Source: Candidatus Omnitrophota bacterium (GTDB taxonomy: Bacteria; Omnitrophota; Gorgyraeia; B26-G9). Taken from it: 64,000 bases of DNA. The notes beneath the pieces are model-generated. The model was given only the letters and a program-made list of their open reading frames with translations, was not told the origin of the DNA and searched no databases. The stretch lies in the NCBI GenBank assembly GCA_043814605.1, contig JBDRJV010000005.1:11453-75452 (forward strand). The letters run 5' to 3'. The translations under genes and the position numbers were made by a program. Below, one piece after another: positions 38,311-48,670 of this stretch. The first letter of the stretch is position 1; the number at the start of each line of letters is the position of its first letter.

Positions 38311-39900
38311 GTGAAAGAAAACTCACCTCAACAACAAGCATCGTTAAGAGATTATCTATTCATTCTTTTCCACCGAAAAAATTTTTTTTTAATCCCAGCT
38401 TTTATTATTTTTTTTACTGCAACCATCGGCAGTTTTTTCCTGCCCAAATATTATTCATCTTCTGTACTTGTTTTAATGCAGGAAGAAAAAGTTATTAATC
38501 CTTTATCTTCCCAAAGAATTATGGCTAACCCGAATACTACGCTCATGGAGCAATTAAAAACTCTTACAGCTAAAATTCTTAATTATCCACAATTGCTGAT
38601 GGTAATTGAGGGATTAGAGCTGGATAAAAAAATTAAGAATACACTGGAACTTGAGCAATTAATTTTATCAATTAGAAAACACACAGATATCCGGCTTAAG
38701 TCATCTGATGTTTTTGAGGTTATTTATGAAGATAAGGATCCGAAACTTGCTCAACAATTAGTAAATACTTTAGTTAACGCATTTATAAATTTTAATATAA
38801 AAACGAAAGAAGCAATTGCTTTGACGGGTGTTAAATTTGCGCAATCACAAGCGGAAATTTATAAGGAAAAAATAGAAGAATCGGAATTAGCCTTATATGA
38901 ATTCAGGAAAAAATATCCTTTACAGAAACCCGGTAAAGATACAGATATTAATGTTTCGTTATTGATTAATAATCAAACACTTTTAACCAATACTCAATTG
39001 GCTTTAAAGGAAGGGCAAGATCAATTAGTCCGGATTCAGAACCAGTTATCCGGCAGGGTGCCGGTAGAATTGAGTGCAGATCAGATTGCATCTGATCCAA
39101 ATATCGAAACATTAAACACTCAGTTAAAGGCATTACAAAGGCAGCTGGATGATACTATGCAAATTGATCCGGCATCTTCTTTTATTTTAACTCTGAAACT
39201 GCAGATTGATGATTTGAGCCGGCGCTTGAGTGAGCAAACCCAAAAGGTTATTGATTCCTATACACCAGAAACTGAACCTCTGTTTTATCGTCAGCTTGAA
39301 CAAAAAAGTAAAGAAATGATAGAACAAATAAAAAGTTTAAAGCGGCAGGAAAAAGAATTACAAAAAAATGTTGATTTATATGAAGCCAGGATTGATAGTC
39401 TGCCTGAACAGGATAAGATTTATTCGCAGCTTTTAAGGGATAACCGGGTTAATAATAATATCTATGAAATGCTAAGTATGAAAGTTGAGGAAAATAGACT
39501 TGATGCGATTGAATTGCAGCAAATAGGGATTCGCTATGAGATTATTGAAGAAGGAAGAATTCCTTTAAAGCCTTCAAAGCCCAGAAAACTGATTATTTCC
39601 GTCGTGGCGTTTATTTTAGGGATTCTTATGGGGCTGGGATGTGTATTTTTAGTTGAACTGGGGGATCATTCCTTTCGTAATACTGAAGATGCGTGCCGGG
39701 CATTATCAATTCCCGTGATTGGTTCAACCATGAAAATATTAACCCTCGGGCAGCTTTATCAGCTGCGAAAAAAAAGAAATAAAGCAATTGCAATTGTTAT
39801 GATAATTTTCCTGGTTTTTATTATTATTGCCGTGGTCAGTTCTTACTTGCAGGAAAAACAGCTGACGGAGAAAATTATTAGGGAACAGATGCAGAAATAA
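38311..39900 (+). CDS. polysaccharide co-polymerase (Wzc/GumC periplasmic part)
   Basis: LRDYL, TM helix, PKYYSS, long coiled coil, P.KPSKPRK, TM helix, RALSIPVIG. Confidence 0.88.
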   Translation: MKENSPQQQASLRDYLFILFHRKNFFLIPAFIIFFTATIGSFFLPKYYSSSVLVLMQEEKVINPLSSQRIMANPNTTLMEQLKTLTAKILNYPQLLMVIEGLELDKKIKNTLELEQLILSIRKHTDIRLKSSDVFEVIYEDKDPKLAQQLVNTLVNAFINFNIKTKEAIALTGVKFAQSQAEIYKEKIEESELALYEFRKKYPLQKPGKDTDINVSLLINNQTLLTNTQLALKEGQDQLVRIQNQLSGRVPVELSADQIASDPNIETLNTQLKALQRQLDDTMQIDPASSFILTLKLQIDDLSRRLSEQTQKVIDSYTPETEPLFYRQLEQKSKEMIEQIKSLKRQEKELQKNVDLYEARIDSLPEQDKIYSQLLRDNRVNNNIYEMLSMKVEENRLDAIELQQIGIRYEIIEEGRIPLKPSKPRKLIISVVAFILGILMGLGCVFLVELGDHSFRNTEDACRALSIPVIGSTMKILTLGQLYQLRKKRNKAIAIVMIIFLVFIIIAVVSSYLQEKQLTEKIIREQMQK

Positions 39901-39922
39901 ACGGTTAACTTAAGGGAGTTTT

Positions 39923-40627
39923 ATGTTTGCAAGATTTATTGCAAAAATAAAAGACAAAAGCGGCATTGATGCCAGAGTGGTTTCTTATTATAGCCCCGGA
40001 TCAGTTCTGGCGGAACAATACCGTAATATCAGAACGTATATCAGTTCTCTTAACGGCGGGATTTTATGCCGTTCGCTTTGCATTAGCAGTGCTAATTCCG
40101 GAGAAGGCAAAAGCATAACTTGTGTCAATCTGGCTGTAGCAATGGCAGAAGATAAAGAGAAAAAAATTGTTATTGTTAATTCAGATTTCCGATTCGGAAG
40201 TTTAGAATCACTGTTAAATATTAAAGCCGAAAAAGGATTAAGCGATTATTTAAATAATCAAGCTGCGTTAAACGAAGTCTTGGTCCCGACTGAAATTGAA
40301 AATTTAAAAATCTTGCCGGCGGGGAATATCCCAGAAAATCCGGCGGAGATTTTTGCTTCCCAAAAATTGAAAGAATTAGTTGTTGATTTAGAAAAAAATT
40401 ATAATTATATAATTTTTGATACTCCGGCAATTATTCCTTTTGCCGAAGGTAAAATTTTAGGGCCATGCGTAGATGGGGTGTTATTAGTGGTTCAGGCAGG
40501 AAAAACGCGGCGAGAGGTGGTTTGGAGAATAGAAGAAGAACTCAAAAGTGTAAGGGCAAAAATTCTCGGTGTTGTTCTGACTAATGTTGAATATTATATC
40601 CCTGAATATATACATCGCCATTTGTAA
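39923..40627 (+). CDS. BY-kinase (CpsD/CapB) tyrosine autokinase
   Basis: AEQYRNIRT, Walker A GEGKS, FDTP, C-terminal YY..Y cluster. Confidence 0.88.
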   Translation: MFARFIAKIKDKSGIDARVVSYYSPGSVLAEQYRNIRTYISSLNGGILCRSLCISSANSGEGKSITCVNLAVAMAEDKEKKIVIVNSDFRFGSLESLLNIKAEKGLSDYLNNQAALNEVLVPTEIENLKILPAGNIPENPAEIFASQKLKELVVDLEKNYNYIIFDTPAIIPFAEGKILGPCVDGVLLVVQAGKTRREVVWRIEEELKSVRAKILGVVLTNVEYYIPEYIHRHL

Positions 40628-40729
40628 AATTCTTTTAAAGGAGTATATAAATGTAGGAATTTTATGGCCAAAATCCAAAAACTAGGGTTTTGGTTTTTTT
40701 GTTTAAAATTTAAAAAATATGGATTGAGT

Positions 40730-42160
40730 ATGAATACGGTATCAAGCATCGCGAAAAATTCAATGGCAATGTTAAGTTCTGAAGTTTTGACTAAACTTAT
40801 AACTTTTTCCTTAACCATAATTCTGGCCAGATACTTGGGGGTATTAGCTTTTGGCCAATTTTCTTATCTTTTTGCTTTGGTCATGCTTTTTGAAGTTATG
40901 GCTGATTTTGGCCTGGATAATTTAATGATTCGGGAAATTTCTCAAGATAAACAAAAAACTAAAAATCTGTTAAGTTCGGTATTAACACTTAAAATTATTA
41001 CAGGCTTTATCAGTTTTTGCGCTCTTTTTATGTTTGTATTTTTTTTCCGCAAACAAGATATTCTTATCCGGAGTGCTTTACTTGCCGGTTTAGCTGTATT
41101 CTTTCATTCCTTAGCGAATACTTTTAATTCGGTTTTTACAGCAGAGGAAAGGTTGGATTTAAAAGCTTTATTTAATATAGTTGCAAAACTATTTTTATTA
41201 GTTTTAATTATTATTACGATAAAATTGAATTTTGGCCTATTTGTAGTTTTTGGGGCTTTTTTGTCCGCAGAGATTTTAAGAACAATTATTGGTTTATATG
41301 GTTGTTATAAAAATTTTTCTGTTGTAGCGCTAAATTTCAACCTAAAAACAATAAAATGTTTAGTAAAAACAACGAGCTCATTTGCCTTAATTAGTATCAT
41401 TTCGTTAATCTATTTCAAAATTGATATTATTATGTTATCAATTTTGAAGTCAGATCAAGCGGTTGGCTGGTATAATGCTGCTTATGGGCTTTTTGCCGCT
41501 TTATTATTTATCCCGGAATCATATTGTGCTTCTATTTTTCCTGTACTTTCCCGCTATGCAATATCAGATAAAGAAAAGTTATCTTTTAGTTGGAGCCGTT
41601 CGGTAAAATATCTGATTATGGTAAGTGTGCCGATTGTTGTCAGTGTTTTTATTCTAAATCAAAGAATTATCACTCTTTTTTATTCGGAGGCATACATTCC
41701 TTCCGCCGCTTGTCTGAAAATTTTGATTTTTACAATTCCGTGGGTTTTTGTAAATGCAATTAATATGAGATTGTTATTTGCTTGTAATCAGCAAAAGCCG
41801 GCAACGGTAGTGGCTTTAATCAGCCTGCTCCTCAATGTGGTTTTTAATTTTATTTTAATCCCTAAATTTTCTTACCTTGGGGCTTCTTGGGCAACACTTA
41901 TTGTTGAAATTATTAATGTCAGTATTTATTTTGTTTTAGTATCAAAAATCCTGGGTTTAAAACTAAAAGAATTCGTAATATTGGCCAAGATAATTTTTGC
42001 TTCAGTACTCATGGGAGTATTTATTGAGTTTTTTAAAACCAGCTATTTATTATTTATTATTTTAGGTGCAACCGCGCTTTATTTATTTTTTATATTTAAA
42101 TTACATATTATTGATAAAAAAGATAAAGAATTGTTTGGTCAAATTAAATTTAAATTTTAA
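40730..42160 (+). CDS. wzx: Wzx flippase
   Basis: ILARYLG..FGQF, ADFGL, KIDIIMLS, VGWYNAA, LIPKFSYLGA. Confidence 0.88.
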   Translation: MNTVSSIAKNSMAMLSSEVLTKLITFSLTIILARYLGVLAFGQFSYLFALVMLFEVMADFGLDNLMIREISQDKQKTKNLLSSVLTLKIITGFISFCALFMFVFFFRKQDILIRSALLAGLAVFFHSLANTFNSVFTAEERLDLKALFNIVAKLFLLVLIIITIKLNFGLFVVFGAFLSAEILRTIIGLYGCYKNFSVVALNFNLKTIKCLVKTTSSFALISIISLIYFKIDIIMLSILKSDQAVGWYNAAYGLFAALLFIPESYCASIFPVLSRYAISDKEKLSFSWSRSVKYLIMVSVPIVVSVFILNQRIITLFYSEAYIPSAACLKILIFTIPWVFVNAINMRLLFACNQQKPATVVALISLLLNVVFNFILIPKFSYLGASWATLIVEIINVSIYFVLVSKILGLKLKEFVILAKIIFASVLMGVFIEFFKTSYLLFIILGATALYLFFIFKLHIIDKKDKELFGQIKFKF

Positions 42161-42194
42161 ATGTGAAAGGATATTTTTTATCGGAGATTAGAGA

Positions 42195-43136
42195 ATGAGA
42201 TTAACAATTGTAATTGTAAATTGGAACAGTGCGGAATATATAGAAAGATGCCTTAAGTCAATTTTTGCACAGTGCCATAATTTATTATTTGAAATTATTG
42301 TTGTGGATAATGCATCTTGTGATGAAAGTGTGGATTTAATAAAATCAAAATTCAAATCAGTAGTTCTTATCGAAAATAAAAATAACCCAGGATTTGCCGC
42401 GGCGAATAATCAAGCAATTTTAAAGTCTAATTCTGAATATGTATTATTTTTAAATCCGGATACAGAGATTTTAGACAATGCCGTAGGCAGAATGGTTGAT
42501 TTCTTAGATAAAAATAAAGATTTTTGCGGTGTGGGGCCATGTATTTTAAATGCGGATGGCACCATACAATTTACTTGTGCCCGTAATTTTCCTAATCCTT
42601 TTACAGAATTATGTTCGTATATGTCTTTTCTAAAAAACCTAAGATCCCGGCGGCCTTTTGGCAATTACCTTATGAATTATTGGGATCATCGTGATTCTCG
42701 GCAAGTTAATGTTTTATCCGGCGCTTGTATGATGTTTTCTCACAAGGTGTTAGCAGAAATTAATAATTTTAATGAAAAATACTTTATGTATGCAGAAGAT
42801 CTTGACCTTTGCCGGGCAATCAAAAATAAAGGGGGAAAACTTTGGTACCTTTCCGCAGCTAAAATAATTCATCACGGGGGAAAGAGTTCGGGTTTGGTTA
42901 CAGGATTAACTTATGTCCGTTATTATGAATCAATGTATTTTTTTTATAAGCAATACCACGGGATTTTTGTGGCAGTTATTTATAAATATTTTTTATTATT
43001 TTATGCTTTACTGGTAAATTTAAAGGCACGCAGTAAGCTGATATTTGCTAGGGGAAAAGATGTAAATTTTCACAGAAGTAAGATTAGGGGTACAAATAAT
43101 CTGATAAACTGGTGTGTTAGATCAGGGATAAATTAA
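42195..43136 (+). CDS. GT2 glycosyltransferase (rhamnosyltransferase-like)
   Basis: IVIVNWN, VVDNAS.D, FLNPD, YFMYAEDLDLC. Confidence 0.9.
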   Translation: MRLTIVIVNWNSAEYIERCLKSIFAQCHNLLFEIIVVDNASCDESVDLIKSKFKSVVLIENKNNPGFAAANNQAILKSNSEYVLFLNPDTEILDNAVGRMVDFLDKNKDFCGVGPCILNADGTIQFTCARNFPNPFTELCSYMSFLKNLRSRRPFGNYLMNYWDHRDSRQVNVLSGACMMFSHKVLAEINNFNEKYFMYAEDLDLCRAIKNKGGKLWYLSAAKIIHHGGKSSGLVTGLTYVRYYESMYFFYKQYHGIFVAVIYKYFLLFYALLVNLKARSKLIFARGKDVNFHRSKIRGTNNLINWCVRSGIN

Positions 43137-44548
43137 TGGAAGAGAGCAGAAAAAAAATTTATTTAAATGATGAAAAACCATTAATAGAATTACCGGGTTT
43201 AATCCTGTTTTTTATAATAATTTTTTCTTTTTTATTGGGATTATCCTTATTGGTAATGCCTTGGTATATTCCTTTGGCTTTAGTGCTTATGGTGGGTATT
43301 ATTGCGGGTATTTTTATTAATCCATATTTGGGTGTAGTAATTTTTATTGCCGGAGCTTTTTTACATCCCACTCAATATATAACAGCCTTACGAGATTTCC
43401 ATCTGGCGATAACTTTAGCCATTATGGTTTCTCTGACTTTAGGTTTTCACACCCTGGTTTATCGGGATTTAAAATTTGTCAAAGCGCCGCAAAATGTTTT
43501 AATTATTATATTAGGTGGTCTATACTTTTTATCCAGTTTGCGCTATCCGGATTATTCGTTATCATTTTTTTTAGAATTCATTCCTAAGATTTTAATTGTG
43601 TATTTTTTAATAATTTTACTAGTAAAAACCAGAACACAGGCGGTTTTTCTTTTTTGGGTATTATTTGCTTTGGCGATTATTGTATCGATTGCCGCAATTA
43701 TCCAGCATAAAATGGGGTTAGGGCTTTATTATCGGATTGAAGGAATTACCCGGGTAAGCGGGACAGAGGTGGATCCTAATTTTTTTGCGATTCAATTAGT
43801 GATGCTGGTACCGATATTATTATATTTGTTTTTAGCTAAACGTAATTTACTAATCCGGGCATTATTGCTATTCGGGCTGGGACTTTTGTTGCTCGCAGTT
43901 GTTTTTACATATTCCCGGACGGGAATGCTTGCGTTACTTTTTTCTTTAGCAATTTTTGTGGTAAAGCCTGTTTTTAGTAAACAAAAAAACTGGATTCCGC
44001 TTATTTGTGCAATTCTGGCGATAATCATGTTTTTGCCTTTTATTCCTCAGAAATATTGGGAAAGAGTAAAAACGATTACTGATTTTGAAGATCCGGCAAT
44101 CAGAGCCAGATTAGATACGTGGCGTATCGGAGCAGAAATTATCACTGAGAATCCGATAATCGGTATTGGTTACGGAGCTTTTAAATTTGAGTATGGGGAA
44201 AGAGCAGCATCATCTCCGTATGTGGATACGAAAGCTTATCTAGTTGCGCATAATTCTTATGTTGAACTAGGAGCAGAATCAGGCCTGTTGGCACTTTTAG
44301 TTTTTTTTGCGCTGATCATTTACACTTTTAATTATTTAAAAAAAGCACGGGAAAATTTTATAATTCAACGAGACTATTATTTATATCACTTAACTTGTGC
44401 TTTAGAAAATAGTTTTTATGTTTTTTTAATTGGAGCTTTCTTTCTTTCGATAATGCATTTAATGATATTATGGATTGTGCTGGGATTGGCGGTGGTAATG
44501 AAGAATGTTTCAGACCACAATAATGCTGAATTCATGGCAAACCTTTGA
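43136..44548 (+). CDS. O-antigen ligase/Wzy polymerase family protein
   Basis: Multi-TM; DPNFFA, TYSRTG, NPIIGIG, AHNSYVELGAESG. Confidence 0.88.
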   Translation: MEESRKKIYLNDEKPLIELPGLILFFIIIFSFLLGLSLLVMPWYIPLALVLMVGIIAGIFINPYLGVVIFIAGAFLHPTQYITALRDFHLAITLAIMVSLTLGFHTLVYRDLKFVKAPQNVLIIILGGLYFLSSLRYPDYSLSFFLEFIPKILIVYFLIILLVKTRTQAVFLFWVLFALAIIVSIAAIIQHKMGLGLYYRIEGITRVSGTEVDPNFFAIQLVMLVPILLYLFLAKRNLLIRALLLFGLGLLLLAVVFTYSRTGMLALLFSLAIFVVKPVFSKQKNWIPLICAILAIIMFLPFIPQKYWERVKTITDFEDPAIRARLDTWRIGAEIITENPIIGIGYGAFKFEYGERAASSPYVDTKAYLVAHNSYVELGAESGLLALLVFFALIIYTFNYLKKARENFIIQRDYYLYHLTCALENSFYVFLIGAFFLSIMHLMILWIVLGLAVVMKNVSDHNNAEFMANL

Positions 44549-44554
44549 TGAGGA

Positions 44555-45682
44555 ATGGTGCATAAAAAAAATATTTTAGAACTCATTGCAATGCCCAGAG
44601 TTTCGCCGGGATTATCCGGCGGAGATCGGGTGATTATTCAGCTGGGGAAAGCTTTTGCTTTGGATGAGGATAAAAAAGTAACGATTTGCATATTGCGTGA
44701 TGATCAGACACTTGAGTCAAAGTTAAAAAAAGAAGCGGACAAATTAAATCTTCCTAATATTTTTATCGAAATGAAGAGCAAGTTTGATTTAAGCGCGATC
44801 TTTAAATTAAGAAAGATTTTAAAAAATCTGAATATTGAAATTTTACATACGCATGGCTATAAAGCGGATTTGATTGGTTTTTTTGCCGGGTTGTTTTTAG
44901 AAATTAAACTTCTTAGTACGGTGCACGGCTGGATTGGGGATACTTTTTTAGTAAAAATTTATGATTTTATGGATAAAGTGGTATTAAGAGGATTTGATAA
45001 TATTGTCGTGGTTTGCGAGAAGTTTAAATTAGATTTGATTAAATTTGGCATAAATAAAAATAAAATTAAAATTATCCATAACGGGATTGATTTGAATGAA
45101 ATCATTAAAAAAAGACCAGATAGGGAAACTAAGAATTTTTTGAGAATTGCAGAGGATAAAAAAGTGATTACAGTTATTGGCCGGCTGAGTTTAGAAAAAG
45201 GGCATAAATATTTTCTCGCGGCGGCAAAAAAGCTTGTTTGGGAGAATCAAGATTTAGTTTTTCTCATAGTCGGAGACGGACCTTTAGAATCAGAGCTGAA
45301 AAGAATGGCCAGGATTTATAATATAGAGGATAAAGTTATTTTTGCCGGTTTTAGAGATGATGTAGCAGATATAATTTCAATTTCCGATGTAATTGTTCTG
45401 CCTTCTTTGTCCGAGGGGTTTCCCCTGGTAATTCTGGAGGCAATGAGTATGGCCAAACCGGTTGTGGCAACAGATGTGGGAGATGTGAAATTTTTGGTTA
45501 AAGACACAGAGACGGGTGTTTGTGTTAAACCCGCACAAACGAATCAGATTCAGGCGGCAATCAATAAGATTTTAACTAATCCAAATTTGGCTCAGGAAAT
45601 GGCAAATCAAGGAAAAAAATTAGTGAACCGAGAATATAAGATTGAAAACATGATTGAAAAATATAAAGAAATTTATGAATAA
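44555..45682 (+). CDS. GT4 glycosyltransferase
   Basis: HTHGYKAD, GRLSLEKG, EGFPLVILEAM. Confidence 0.9.
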   Translation: MVHKKNILELIAMPRVSPGLSGGDRVIIQLGKAFALDEDKKVTICILRDDQTLESKLKKEADKLNLPNIFIEMKSKFDLSAIFKLRKILKNLNIEILHTHGYKADLIGFFAGLFLEIKLLSTVHGWIGDTFLVKIYDFMDKVVLRGFDNIVVVCEKFKLDLIKFGINKNKIKIIHNGIDLNEIIKKRPDRETKNFLRIAEDKKVITVIGRLSLEKGHKYFLAAAKKLVWENQDLVFLIVGDGPLESELKRMARIYNIEDKVIFAGFRDDVADIISISDVIVLPSLSEGFPLVILEAMSMAKPVVATDVGDVKFLVKDTETGVCVKPAQTNQIQAAINKILTNPNLAQEMANQGKKLVNREYKIENMIEKYKEIYE

Positions 45683-46943
45683 TAACCAGAAAAATTATAA
45701 AAGTTTAAAAATTCTAATGGTTACAGATTCTTTTTATCCCGATGGGATTGGCGGAAAACATACTTATGTCTACAATCTGGCAAAAGCTTTTAAAAAACTG
45801 GGACACCAAATATATATTTTAACGATTAAGATAGAAAAGGATCTCCCGGAGCGAGAAATTATTGAGGGAATTGAAGTATTCAGATATCGTGCCCAGGTAA
45901 CGGGCAGGCTGGTTTTTTTATTTCGGCCGCTGAGCAGCTTTTATCATATTGGTAAATTATACACGGAACATTTAAAAGGAATAAATTTTGACATAATTCA
46001 TTTCCATTCTCTTTTGCCGGCATTTGGTCTTTTGTTCAGTAAGTATCTGAAAAATAAGAAAAAGATTTTTACTTTTCATGCTTCGACTTACCAAGAGGTA
46101 GTTGTTCAAAGCCGGAAGAAGAAATATGCTTATGGATTAAATCCCTTGATGTTTTGGGCAATAAGATTTATTGAAAAATATACTCTTTCCCGTTCCGATA
46201 ATATCAGCGTCTTAAGTGAATTTAACGCTGGGCAATTACAAAAACTCTATAAAATACCACGTGCTAAGATTAAAGTCATCCCGGGAGGCGTGGACATAGA
46301 TATTTTTCAACCAGCAGAAAATAAAACAACTCTTAGACAAAAACTGGGCTGGGAAAAAGATGCGGTTTATATTTTAACTGTTCGCCGGCTGGTGGCGCGG
46401 ATGGGAATAGACAATTTAATTAAAGCCATAAAAAATGTTTTAGAAAACCGTAAAGAAGTGTATTTAATTATTGCCGGTGATGGATTCTTAAAGCCGGAAT
46501 TAGAACTTTTGATTTCTCAGCTAAAATTAGAAAAAAATGTGAGACTTTTAGGCCGAGTGACTAATCCAGATTTATTCATGTATTATCAGGCAGCGGATTT
46601 TTTTGTTTTACCAACGCAAGAATTAGAAGGTTTTGGTTTAGTAAGCTTAGAATCATTGTCTTGCGGGCTGCCAGTTTTAGGAACACCGGTAGGAGGTACG
46701 ATTGAAATTATTAGAAAATTTGATGAAAATTTGCTTTTTAAAGATGCCAGTATTGATGCGATCAGTGAGGGGATTATGAACTTTTTAGAACGGATAAAGG
46801 AGTGGCCGCAGATTAGTGTTCAAGCAAGAAATTTTGCTCAAAACAATTATTCCTGGAGTAAAATCGCTGAGAAAAATGAAGATTTTTTCAGGGAAATTAT
46901 GAGCGGGAATTCACTGCTTCAGAAAAAGTTTTGGGCTGAGTGA
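45675..46943 (+). CDS. GT4 glycosyltransferase
   Basis: TVRRLVARMG, EGFGLVSLESLSCG. Confidence 0.9.
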   Translation: MNNNQKNYKSLKILMVTDSFYPDGIGGKHTYVYNLAKAFKKLGHQIYILTIKIEKDLPEREIIEGIEVFRYRAQVTGRLVFLFRPLSSFYHIGKLYTEHLKGINFDIIHFHSLLPAFGLLFSKYLKNKKKIFTFHASTYQEVVVQSRKKKYAYGLNPLMFWAIRFIEKYTLSRSDNISVLSEFNAGQLQKLYKIPRAKIKVIPGGVDIDIFQPAENKTTLRQKLGWEKDAVYILTVRRLVARMGIDNLIKAIKNVLENRKEVYLIIAGDGFLKPELELLISQLKLEKNVRLLGRVTNPDLFMYYQAADFFVLPTQELEGFGLVSLESLSCGLPVLGTPVGGTIEIIRKFDENLLFKDASIDAISEGIMNFLERIKEWPQISVQARNFAQNNYSWSKIAEKNEDFFREIMSGNSLLQKKFWAE

Positions 46944-46984
46944 TTTTAATTTTAGATAAAAAAACCGAATAATTTCAATTATGG

Positions 46985-48661
46985 ATGGGATTTAATTTTT
47001 TGAAGAAGAACATATTAATTTTAGCTATGGTGTTAATTGGTGTTAGCGCTCAGGGTTATGCCAAAAACAGTATTAACATTTTTCCTGACCCGATTAATGT
47101 GCAGTTCTACGATTATGAAGTTCCGCTGACTCATTTTTGGGAAATTGTAATTTTAGAATCAAATGCGGAGCTCTCTCAAATTATAGACTATTTTAATGAG
47201 CAGCTGTTTGAAAAAGTAAATTATAAGCTGCCGGTTATTACCACAAATAATTTGCTTAAAAAACAATTGATTATTGGACGAAATAATACTGAGGCTTTAA
47301 AAGCTGTAGGATTTACATCCGAGCAATTGCCCAATGATCAAGGGTATATTTTAGAAATAACTAAAAATAATATTTTTATCATCGGAGAAAATATCAGAGG
47401 TATTTTTTATGGGATACAAAGCTTTTTGCAAATGTTAAATAATGGACAGGCTCAATTGCCGGGAGTTAGAATTGTAGATTATCCCAAAAATCTAATTCGA
47501 GCCGTGCATTTTTGCGCGGGAGATTTTAATGATATTGAAAGACAGCTAGATTTCTTATCAACTTTAAAAATTAATACAGTAATTCTGGACAGTTGGGTTT
47601 TTTTTAACTTAGAGAACAGAGAAAATCAGAACAAAATAAAAAAAGCTAAAAAAATAGCCGATAAATATTTTATAGAAATTATCCCGGAAATACAAAGTTT
47701 TGGTGCCCCGGGCGGAGTTTTGACTAAAGATCCTTATTGTGTTGAGGCCGAATACGTTCGGGAACAGCGGTTTTATTTTTTTAATAATGAAGCTCTCCCC
47801 TTAGTGCGGGGAAAAAAAGCATTGACTAATGTTGTTAAAACAGAATCTGCTCCCGTAATTATAAAAAGCATTGAGGGTATTGTATATCAGGAAGGGATTG
47901 ATTATAAAGTTATTCTCGGAAAAATTAAACCAAAGTTTAAGGAAAATAACCAGACGCAGATTATCCGGTTAGCCGGGGGGAAAATTAATCCCGGGCAGGA
48001 AGTGCGGATTAGTTATGATCAAATACTCTGGCTAGATTCATTTGCGGAATGGAAGATTCCCTATTGTCCGTCTGAGCCCAGAACATATGAAATAATGTTT
48101 TCGGCTCTAGAAAATATTTACAAAATTATAAAACCGCGATTTATCAGTATTGGGCACGATGAAATTAGGGGGATGAATAAGGATTCACGCTGTTTAAGAA
48201 GAAATATGTCCAATGCCGAACTTTTAGCGGATGAAATCAATCAGTTAAATAATTATGCGAAGAATTTAGATCCAAATCTGCGTCTTTTAATGTGGGACGA
48301 CATGATCAACCCCTGGCATAATGGCAGTAATGAAAATTATCAGCTTGGTTTTCACGGCCCCCAGGGTGCAACTCAAGATGCGGTAAAACTTATATCTAAA
48401 GATGTATTAATGATGATTTGGTGGACTGAAGCCAAGGATTGGCTGCATAAAATGGAAAATAGTTTGGATTATTTTAAGAAACAGGGTTTTAATTTTTTCG
48501 CTTTTTGTTATGATAATGAGGAGAATATAAAAAAATGGGTTCAGTTAATTAATAATCGATCAGATTGTTTGGGGATTATTTGCGCGAGTTGGTGGGGGTT
48601 TGACAAAAGTAAAGAATGGTTTAAAAAAACAGCCTATTGGTCATGGCGAGGGGTTTTTTAG
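46985..48661 (+). CDS. secreted GH20-like beta-N-acetylhexosaminidase
   Basis: Signal peptide, GH20b domain (QGYILEI, GIFYGIQS, IVDYP), IIPEIQSFG, catalytic GHDE, MWDDM. Confidence 0.75.
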   Translation: MGFNFLKKNILILAMVLIGVSAQGYAKNSINIFPDPINVQFYDYEVPLTHFWEIVILESNAELSQIIDYFNEQLFEKVNYKLPVITTNNLLKKQLIIGRNNTEALKAVGFTSEQLPNDQGYILEITKNNIFIIGENIRGIFYGIQSFLQMLNNGQAQLPGVRIVDYPKNLIRAVHFCAGDFNDIERQLDFLSTLKINTVILDSWVFFNLENRENQNKIKKAKKIADKYFIEIIPEIQSFGAPGGVLTKDPYCVEAEYVREQRFYFFNNEALPLVRGKKALTNVVKTESAPVIIKSIEGIVYQEGIDYKVILGKIKPKFKENNQTQIIRLAGGKINPGQEVRISYDQILWLDSFAEWKIPYCPSEPRTYEIMFSALENIYKIIKPRFISIGHDEIRGMNKDSRCLRRNMSNAELLADEINQLNNYAKNLDPNLRLLMWDDMINPWHNGSNENYQLGFHGPQGATQDAVKLISKDVLMMIWWTEAKDWLHKMENSLDYFKKQGFNFFAFCYDNEENIKKWVQLINNRSDCLGIICASWWGFDKSKEWFKKTAYWSWRGVF

Positions 48662-48670
48662 GGAATAAAT

